Translations under genes and position numbers: made by a program | The notes under the pieces: model-generated | Told to the model about the DNA's origin: nothing | What the model saw: only the letters and a program-made list of their open reading frames with translations | The model's database searches: none | Part shown: in pieces, positions 57,377-64,000 of the stretch | How the letters are laid out: the number at the start of each line of letters is the position of its first letter | Position numbering within the stretch: the first letter of the stretch is position 1 | Assembly (NCBI GenBank): GCA_943356745.1 | Contig: CALRFT010000004.1 | Location: 16,269 to 80,268 of the forward strand | Source of the DNA: Parcubacteria group bacterium | GTDB taxonomy: Bacteria; Patescibacteriota; Minisyncoccia; Phycocordibacterales; CSBR16-119 | Direction of reading: 5' to 3' | Length of the DNA stretch: 64,000 nucleotides

Positions 57377-60079
57377 ATGATTACAAAAAACGAAATTCGA
57401 AATAGAGCACTTGCTTTTTCAAAAGAGTGGGAGCGAGAAATAAGTGAAGACGCAGAAGCAAAAAGTTTTTGGGATGGGTTTTTTGATGTATTCGGACTTT
57501 CTCGTCGTCGAGTTGCTTCTTTTGAGTATCAAGTAAAAAAGCAAGATGGCGGACAAGGATTTATAGACGTTCTTTGGAAGGGTGTTATGCTTGCTGAGCA
57601 TAAATCAAAAGGAAAAAACCTCGACAAAGCATTTACTCAAGCAAAAGATTATTTTCCGGGTCTTAAAGATTCTGAGCTTCCCCGCTATATTGTTGTGTCT
57701 GATTTTGAAAAAATTCGTCTTTATGATTTAGAAAAAGAAACAGAAAACGAATTTCTTCTTAAAGATCTTTCAAAAAATATTCACTTGTTTGATTTTATCT
57801 CTGGACACATTTCAGAAATAGACTACGGACACGAAGAAGAGGTGAGTATTAAAGGCGCAAAACTAATGGCAGATTTTCACAATGAAATCGCCAAAACAGG
57901 TTATTCTGGTCACGAACTCGAAGTATTTCTTATCCGTGTGCTTTTCTGTTTGTTTGCAGATGATACTGGTATTTTTGAAAAAGGATTATTCAGAAATTAT
58001 ATTTCAAACAGAATAAACAAAGATGGTTCTGACCTTGGTCTTCATCTTGGACAGATTTTTCATATTCTCAATACTTCACAAGAAAAAAGACAAACAACCA
58101 CAGATGAGCAACTCATGAAATTCCCATACATAAACGGAGGAATTTTTGCTGAAAATTTGTCGCCGGTTTCTCTTGATGTCACAGCATATCTCAAGCTTTT
58201 AAAATGTTGTGAGTTTGATTGGTCTGGAATTTCTGCTTCTATTTTTGGCTCACTTTTCCAGGGTGTGATGGATGAAAAATCTAGAAGACAGCTCGGAGCT
58301 CACTATACTTCAGAATTAAATATCTTGAAGGTAATTCACCCGCTTTTCTTGGACGAGCTATATATTGAATTCGACAAAGCAAAGCATGACAGAAAAAAAC
58401 TTGAGAAATTTCATGAATATTTAACCACACTTACATTTCTTGATCCTGCCTGTGGTTGCGGAAACTTCCTCGTAACTTCATACCGAGAACTTCGTCGACT
58501 TGAACTTGAAGTTTTGAAAAAGCTTCGCAAGGACCAGAAAATGGTTCTTTTTGGCGCAGAAGATATTTCAAAAATTCAAGTAAACCAATTTTACGGAATA
58601 GAAATAGAAGAATTCCCAGCACTCGTAGCGCGCACTGCGATGTATTTGGTGGATCATCAAATGAATATGGAGCTTTCAGAAACATTCGGGCAGGCGTACG
58701 CTCGTATTCCGCTTCGTGAACCTGCAACTATCGTGCACGCAGATGCGCTTGCAATAGACTGGGAAGAAGTAATTTCAAAAGATAAGCTTTCGTATATTCT
58801 TGGTAATCCACCTTTTGTTGGTGCTCAGATTATGAGTAAGGATCAAAAAGAAAACCTAACAAAAGTATTTGAAGATGCAAAAAATGTAGGGAATTTAGAC
58901 TTTGTTACTGCGTGGTATGAAAAGGCTGCGAATTACACACAAGGTACAAATATCAAAACAGCTTTTGTGTCCACGAACAGTATTTGCCAAGGTGAACAAG
59001 TGGGAATTCTCTGGAAAAGACTCAAAGAAAAATACGGCGTAGTTATTCATTTTGCACATCAAACATTCAAATGGAATAACGACGCGCCAGGTGTGGCGGC
59101 AGTGTATTGCGTGATTGTTGGATTTGCAACTTTTGATACTCCAAAGAAATATCTTTTTGAATACGAAACAATAAAAAGTGAACCAAAAGAAAAAGAGGTA
59201 GAAGATATAAACGGATACTTAGTTTCTGGACCAAGCGTCTTTGTTGAAAAAAGAACAAAGCCAATTTGTAATGTTCCCAGTATTATAAAGGGGAATTATT
59301 ATGCAAAAAGCGAAGGTTTGATTGTTGAGGAAAAAGATTTAGATTTTTTAATAAAAAATGAACCAAATGCACAAAAATATATAAAACTTTTGATAGGGGC
59401 AGAAGAATTTATAAACAATAAAAAACGTTATTGTCTTTGGTTGGTTGATTGCCCTCCTGATGAACTGAGAAAAATGCCTTTAGTTTTGGAACGGGTTAAT
59501 CGTGTTAGAGAAGATAGACTTAAAAGTACTGATAAAGGAATGCAAAATCTTGCACCAACACGTTTTAGAGAAACAAATAACCCAGACATTGCACTAGTTG
59601 TTCCAGTGGTTTCTTCTGAGAAAAGAAAATATATTCCGATAGGATTTATTGATAACGATACAATTTCAACAAACGGAAATTTAATAATCCCAAATGCAGA
59701 AATATATCATTTTGGAGTTCTAGAATCACTCATGCACATGACTTGGGTAAATTATACCTGTGGACGACTCAAAAGTGATTTTCGATATTCAAAAGATATT
59801 GTTTACAACAACTTTCCTTGGCCCGAAAATGTGACCGAAGAACAAAAGAAAAAAGTAGAAGAATCTGCTCAAAAAGTTTTGGATACTCGAGCGCAATTCC
59901 CAAATAGTTCACTTGCAGATTTATACGATCCAAATACTATGCCACCAGAATTAGTAAAAGCTCACGATGAGCTCGATAGGGTCGTGGACGCTTGTTATGG
60001 AAGAAAATTTGCCAACAAAGAAGATCGAATCGAATTTTTATTTGATTTGTATAAAAAGTATATTTCTGGTAAAAAGTAG
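57377..60079 (+). CDS. MmeI-like (type IIL) fused restriction endonuclease/adenine methyltransferase
   Basis: IDVLWKGVMLAEHKS nuclease; LGAHYTS, LDPACGCGNF, GNPPF; GRLKSDFRYS and LADLYDP..MPPELVKAH tail. Confidence 0.92.
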   Translation: MITKNEIRNRALAFSKEWEREISEDAEAKSFWDGFFDVFGLSRRRVASFEYQVKKQDGGQGFIDVLWKGVMLAEHKSKGKNLDKAFTQAKDYFPGLKDSELPRYIVVSDFEKIRLYDLEKETENEFLLKDLSKNIHLFDFISGHISEIDYGHEEEVSIKGAKLMADFHNEIAKTGYSGHELEVFLIRVLFCLFADDTGIFEKGLFRNYISNRINKDGSDLGLHLGQIFHILNTSQEKRQTTTDEQLMKFPYINGGIFAENLSPVSLDVTAYLKLLKCCEFDWSGISASIFGSLFQGVMDEKSRRQLGAHYTSELNILKVIHPLFLDELYIEFDKAKHDRKKLEKFHEYLTTLTFLDPACGCGNFLVTSYRELRRLELEVLKKLRKDQKMVLFGAEDISKIQVNQFYGIEIEEFPALVARTAMYLVDHQMNMELSETFGQAYARIPLREPATIVHADALAIDWEEVISKDKLSYILGNPPFVGAQIMSKDQKENLTKVFEDAKNVGNLDFVTAWYEKAANYTQGTNIKTAFVSTNSICQGEQVGILWKRLKEKYGVVIHFAHQTFKWNNDAPGVAAVYCVIVGFATFDTPKKYLFEYETIKSEPKEKEVEDINGYLVSGPSVFVEKRTKPICNVPSIIKGNYYAKSEGLIVEEKDLDFLIKNEPNAQKYIKLLIGAEEFINNKKRYCLWLVDCPPDELRKMPLVLERVNRVREDRLKSTDKGMQNLAPTRFRETNNPDIALVVPVVSSEKRKYIPIGFIDNDTISTNGNLIIPNAEIYHFGVLESLMHMTWVNYTCGRLKSDFRYSKDIVYNNFPWPENVTEEQKKKVEESAQKVLDTRAQFPNSSLADLYDPNTMPPELVKAHDELDRVVDACYGRKFANKEDRIEFLFDLYKKYISGKK

Positions 60080-60161
60080 TTTCCCCATAATTAAAAATTA
60101 AAATGTGGGAAAATAAAAACAGGCAACTAGTATGCCTGTTTAGTGAAAACATTATTTTAGA

Positions 60162-60392
60162 TTAACGACTTTCGCGAGTCGTTTTTCTATTTTTGTCCGT
60201 GATTAAATCATTAAGAGATTGTATCCCTGTCTTTTCAAGGAATGTTCCGAGGTGCATATCTCCACGTACTCCAAAATCTCGTCCATATTGTTTCTCGATA
60301 GTTTTCATGTGTGTGTCGTTTCGTTTATCTCGAAGTTGTCCGTCTTGATTTCGTGTGCGATAACCTTTCATACCCGCTGCGTCTGTCGCCAT
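60162..60392 (-). CDS. Small basic hypothetical protein
   Basis: 76 aa; RNQDGQLRDKRNDT..YGRDF..RGDMHLGT pattern. Confidence 0.7.
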   Translation of the reverse strand: MATDAAGMKGYRTRNQDGQLRDKRNDTHMKTIEKQYGRDFGVRGDMHLGTFLEKTGIQSLNDLITDKNRKTTRESR

Positions 60393-60480
60393 AGTTTTAT
60401 TTGTCCTAATTTGTAAAATCTCCCGACTGTAACTAGTATTGATGGGTGAGGAGATATCCCCATGTCTATATTATACCATG

Positions 60481-60510
60481 TTGACATTGTATATACAATG
60501 TATATACTAT
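60481..60510 (+). promoter_or_regulatory. Toxin-antitoxin promoter with palindromic operator
   Basis: TTGACA overlapping the palindrome ACATTGTATATACAATGT; TATACT before the ATG. Confidence 0.7.
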
Positions 60511-60514
60511 AAAT

Positions 60515-60766
60515 ATGACAACATTAAACATAAGAATTGATGAAAAACTAAAAAAACAAGCAGCAAAAACCTTTGCTTCTTTGGGTATGGATACCTCTTC
60601 TGCTGTTAAGATGTTTTTGACTCAGACGGTAATAGAAAAGGGTTTACCTTTTACGCCCACTCAAGATCCTGCAAAGATACGAGCAAAATGGGACAGAGAA
60701 GTAGTACAAGCTTTAAAGATAAGTAAGAGTTATAAGACTGGTACTGAGGCACTTGCTGATTTATAA
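60515..60766 (+). CDS. dinJ: RelB/DinJ family antitoxin
   Basis: LNIRIDEKLKKQA..LGMDTSSAVKMFL..GLPF. Confidence 0.9.
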   Translation: MTTLNIRIDEKLKKQAAKTFASLGMDTSSAVKMFLTQTVIEKGLPFTPTQDPAKIRAKWDREVVQALKISKSYKTGTEALADL

Positions 60767-60773
60767 TTAGTAT

Positions 60774-61058
60774 ATGTATCTGCTTCGTAGAACAAAAAAA
60801 TTTGAAAAATCTTTTAAGAAAATTTCTAAAGGATATAATAAAACCACTCTTAAAAAAGAAGTTGCTGTGGCGATTGATATTCTTGCGTCTGGTGAAAAAC
60901 TTTCAATCAAGTATCGAGACCATGCATTAAAAGGTGAATTAAAAGGATATAGAGAGTGTCATGTTCGTCCCGATATTTTGCTTATTTATAAAATAGAACA
61001 TGAAGAACTTATACTAGTTTTGGTTGATATTGGTACACACGCAAGTCTTTTTGGTTAA
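60774..61058 (+). CDS. yafQ: YafQ family mRNA interferase toxin
   Basis: YRDHALKG..RECHVRPDILLIY..IGTHASLF. Confidence 0.92.
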   Translation: MYLLRRTKKFEKSFKKISKGYNKTTLKKEVAVAIDILASGEKLSIKYRDHALKGELKGYRECHVRPDILLIYKIEHEELILVLVDIGTHASLFG

Positions 61059-61103
61059 AATCATTTCACAAGAAATTTATATATCTATTTTAATAAAACA
61101 CCT

Positions 61104-61466
61104 ATGCAAAACGATTCATACAAAGAAACATTGAGTGAAGAAGAGTACAGAGTGCTTCGGGAAAAGGGAACAGAAGCGCCTTTTTCTGGACGTTCGATAG
61201 AACCAGGTTCTGATGGAAATTTTCATTGCAAGGCGTGTGGGAATGCTTTGTTTAGTAAAGATGCAAAGTTTGAATCCGGCACAGGGTGGCCGAGTTTTGA
61301 CCAAGCTCTTCCAAACGCTATTGTTGAGATTCCAGATGATTCACACGGAATGCATCGGGTGGAGATTGTCTGCGCTAAGTGTTCTTCACATTTAGGTCAT
61401 GTCTTTCCGGATGGTCCGACGCAAACAGGTTTGAGATATTGTACAAACTCAGTGTGTTTTGAGTAG
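61104..61466 (+). CDS. msrB: Peptide-methionine (R)-S-oxide reductase
   Basis: GTEAPFSG, KFESGTGWPSF, HLGHVFPDGP, RYCTNS. Confidence 0.97.
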   Translation: MQNDSYKETLSEEEYRVLREKGTEAPFSGRSIEPGSDGNFHCKACGNALFSKDAKFESGTGWPSFDQALPNAIVEIPDDSHGMHRVEIVCAKCSSHLGHVFPDGPTQTGLRYCTNSVCFE

Positions 61467-61537
61467 AAGAGGGAAATAACAAACCCCCGCGACGAAGTCG
61501 CGGGGGTTTTGTTTCTTTAAGATGCTACAATGTATAT

Positions 61538-61933
61538 ATGAATTCTTTTAACTGGTATCAAACTCTCGTAAAGCCAACATGGGCACCACCTTCATGGATC
61601 TTTGGTCCGGTGTGGACTTTTTTGTACGCTGTTATTTTTGTTTCCTATGGATTTGTTTTTTACAAAGTCTACACAAAAGAAATACCACTTGTGGTTGCTG
61701 TTCCCTTTGTTTTGAATCTCATTTTTAATTTTTCTTTTACCTATTTTCAATTTGTTTTGAAAAATAATCTTTTTGCTTCAATCGATATTCTTTTGGTCTT
61801 AGGAACACTCATCTGGGCTTTGTTTGCAATTTTCCCATACGCGAGTTGGGTTTCTTGGATCAATATTCCATACCTTCTTTGGGTTTTGTTTGCCACCATA
61901 TTACAAATCACTATCACGGTTCTTAACGCATAG
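61538..61933 (+). CDS. tspO: TspO/MBR family membrane protein
   Basis: WYQTLVKPTWAPPSWIFGPVWTFLY; PYLLWVLFAT. Confidence 0.93.
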   Translation: MNSFNWYQTLVKPTWAPPSWIFGPVWTFLYAVIFVSYGFVFYKVYTKEIPLVVAVPFVLNLIFNFSFTYFQFVLKNNLFASIDILLVLGTLIWALFAIFPYASWVSWINIPYLLWVLFATILQITITVLNA

Positions 61934-61950
61934 GTGTGAGATAGAAAACT

Positions 61951-62385
61951 ATGAATGAATTTTTTTCAATTTTTATAACCATAGCTGGTTTTGTGATAGG
62001 ACTCGGTGCGGTGACTGTTGTCGACCTGCACGGTTTTCTTGGTCGCAAGTCACCATACTGGACAGAGGCAACCACCAGAACACACAAGATAACAAAACCA
62101 TTGATTTGGATTGGGATATTGCTAGTTTCGTTTGGGCTTATGTCTTTTTACAAAGAAAGCAGCCCGTCTTCTTTGCTTCATATACTTTTGGTGGGTGTGC
62201 TTGTTGTGAACGGATGTTTCTTGAGCTTTTGGGTGAGTCCGTTTTTGCTTGCGAGAGAAAAAAGGGGAGAACAAAAAAATCTTCTACCAAAGTCTTGGCA
62301 AAGAAAAATTACCATAAGTTTCCTGGTGTCGTTTGTGGGTTGGTGGGGATCTCTCGCTTTGTTTGTTTCACAGCTGGTTCGATGA
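61951..62385 (+). CDS. Hypothetical 4-TM membrane protein
   Basis: 144 aa, hydrophobic, in an operon with tspO. Confidence 0.75.
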   Translation: MNEFFSIFITIAGFVIGLGAVTVVDLHGFLGRKSPYWTEATTRTHKITKPLIWIGILLVSFGLMSFYKESSPSSLLHILLVGVLVVNGCFLSFWVSPFLLAREKRGEQKNLLPKSWQRKITISFLVSFVGWWGSLALFVSQLVR

Positions 62386-62433
62386 TTTTTGTATTGATGA
62401 AACAAACCCCCGCACGAAGTGCGGGGGTTTGTT

Positions 62434-62790
62434 TTAGTTTTGACTTACAAAATAGTCTCGAAATTGAAGATTTCTTTGTTCGATATATTTCACAATACCA
62501 GGATGTTTTTTTTGGATTTCATCCGTAAGTTCTATGATTCTTGATTGAATATCTTTCACTCTCTCCTCTGCAACCTCTGGTATACTTGCAAGCGCACTTC
62601 GGATATCTTGTTTTTGTTGTGTGAGTTCTATGAGTTCAGAAATAATTTCAAAAAGTTCTTCGTCCTTTTCCACTACCTCAAGAGTGAGGATATTCTCTTT
62701 CAAATCATTTATAAGCGCTTGTAATGTTTTGTCTCGGATAATATCTCCTTGTTCTTTAATTTTTGTTTCAATGGGATTAAGTTTTTCCAT
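62434..62790 (-). CDS. Hypothetical coiled-coil protein
   Basis: 118 aa; TATAAT 6 nt before the ATG. Confidence 0.65.
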   Translation of the reverse strand: MEKLNPIETKIKEQGDIIRDKTLQALINDLKENILTLEVVEKDEELFEIISELIELTQQKQDIRSALASIPEVAEERVKDIQSRIIELTDEIQKKHPGIVKYIEQRNLQFRDYFVSQN

Positions 62791-62871
62791 ATGTATATAT
62801 TATATAGCTTTTTGAGGAGAGTATGTTGTGTTTTGAATTTTGGTATGTATAATCAATCAAAACAACAGAAC

Positions 62872-63414
62872 ATGACAGGAGAAAAACAAGCTATTAAGAC
62901 AATCGAAGAAGCGATTGCTTTGGTGAACAAAAAATGGATTTTTGATCCAGCGAAATATCCAAAACTCCGATCCCTCACAGAAAAAGGTCGTTTGGAGTTT
63001 AAGCTCAAACATACCTTCTCGCTTATGTGTGAATGTAAGGATCTTTATTATCTTGAAGATGATTTTAAAACAAAACTTTCAATGATTCTCTTTTCTTTCG
63101 AGGGCGAAGAACAGTTTTTCAAACTTTTCATTATTTGTGCAAAGTTTGTTGAACTTTTGGAGATTGAAATTTCCGAGATTCAGCCGTTAGCAAAGCAAAG
63201 TGATAATGTTCAAGAGGAATATAATACTTGTATTCACGACATGACTTTGGTTTTTGAATGGCTTGATGATAACGATGAATTTCTTCCCAAGAATGAAAAA
63301 GAAAACTTGAAGAAAAGCATCCTCAAGTTTATGCCACATCTTCTTTCTTTTGAGCATGTGGAAAATCCTTGGGAGTATCTGAACAAGAATCTTCGAGAGT
63401 TTCTGAAACAATGA
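62872..63414 (+). CDS. Hypothetical protein
   Basis: Likely start MTGEKQ; TGA stop followed by a palindrome. Confidence 0.6.
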   Translation: MTGEKQAIKTIEEAIALVNKKWIFDPAKYPKLRSLTEKGRLEFKLKHTFSLMCECKDLYYLEDDFKTKLSMILFSFEGEEQFFKLFIICAKFVELLEIEISEIQPLAKQSDNVQEEYNTCIHDMTLVFEWLDDNDEFLPKNEKENLKKSILKFMPHLLSFEHVENPWEYLNKNLREFLKQ

Positions 63415-63511
63415 AAAAGCCCCCGCACGAAGTGCGGGGGTGTTTTTATATACAATAAAAAAACCACCTTCCGAAGAAGATGGTTTTGACGGCACTTTGG
63501 AACAATAAATA

Positions 63512-63853
63512 TTAACCAAAGTGCTTAAGAGAAAACGTGGTCAGTTCAGCATTTCGATATTTTTGCAATATTTCGAGAATGTAGTTTTTTACAATTACAC
63601 CAAGAATGATTGCGATGAAAATATTCCACGGTCCGGCTGGAATTTCAATCATTTGATTGAGAATCCAAAACACTGGAAGCCCGGGAAACAAGCTAAATAC
63701 TGCAATTGTGGCGTTTATACCCCAGATCGGTTTTTTCCATCTTTGAATTTGTTTTGCATGAGATAGTGTAACAGCAAAACCTGTGAAAAATACCAAAAGG
63801 GAAACAACAAAAATCCAATACAAAAGTGTCATAAGAATGTGTGAAATATCCAT
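63512..63853 (-). CDS. Hypothetical 3-TM membrane protein
   Basis: 113 aa, hydrophobic; TTGACA promoter upstream. Confidence 0.6.
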   Translation of the reverse strand: MDISHILMTLLYWIFVVSLLVFFTGFAVTLSHAKQIQRWKKPIWGINATIAVFSLFPGLPVFWILNQMIEIPAGPWNIFIAIILGVIVKNYILEILQKYRNAELTTFSLKHFG

Positions 63854-64000
63854 GATTGTAAGGGTTTTAAATTTACAAAAATTATATCACACATAAAATT
63901 AATTTGTCAAGTTATTTCTGCTTACTTTTTTCACGGTATAATAAAAATATTATTAATATTAAATATTTATTTATGTTACTCATTCTTTTGCAAATTATTG

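Larger units (their letters stand above)
61478..63447. repeat. Three copies of the GC-rich palindrome CCCCGC(G)A-CGAAG-T(C)GCGGGG
   Basis: 61478-61513, 62401-62433, 63419-63447. Confidence 0.8.

Noticed and set aside
63412-63414. TGA recoding (code 25)
   Set aside because: All conserved genes are intact under code 11, and TGA ends ORFs just before terminators
104-63766. Numerous short antisense or alternate-frame ORFs
   Set aside because: Shadows of well-supported genes, with no motifs or expression signals

Overview
This is a low-GC bacterial chromosome segment spanning the replication origin (rny-jag-yidC-yidD-rnpA-rpmH / dnaA-oriC-dnaN). I infer a Patescibacteria (CPR, Parcubacteria-like) genome using code 11, from the PrgI/VirB6-like cluster, shortened PolA/HolA/YebC, many orphans and frequent leaderless genes. 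Most genes point away from oriC (~34.1 kb). There are four tRNAs, none with an encoded CCA. The strongest unexplained signals are non-coding. (1) A TrmB-family regulator locus (55.0-57.3 kb) carries a ~450-500 nt structured RNA with a 114-nt pyrimidine loop, a 48-aa membrane peptide, and a tandem array of promoter/unique RNA/covarying terminator units, with a fourth unit on the far side of trmB. (2) A 69-aa basic ORF has an intrinsic terminator inside its coding region, the architecture of ArfA/BrfA ribosome-rescue factors. (3) A dense parS cluster is partly written into coding sequence and abuts a second DnaA-box cluster ~8 kb from oriC. (4) Further structured RNA candidates lie at 14.8, 42.1, 43.4 and 53.5 kb. 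All calls come from reading the sequence by eye; no searches or folding programs were run.
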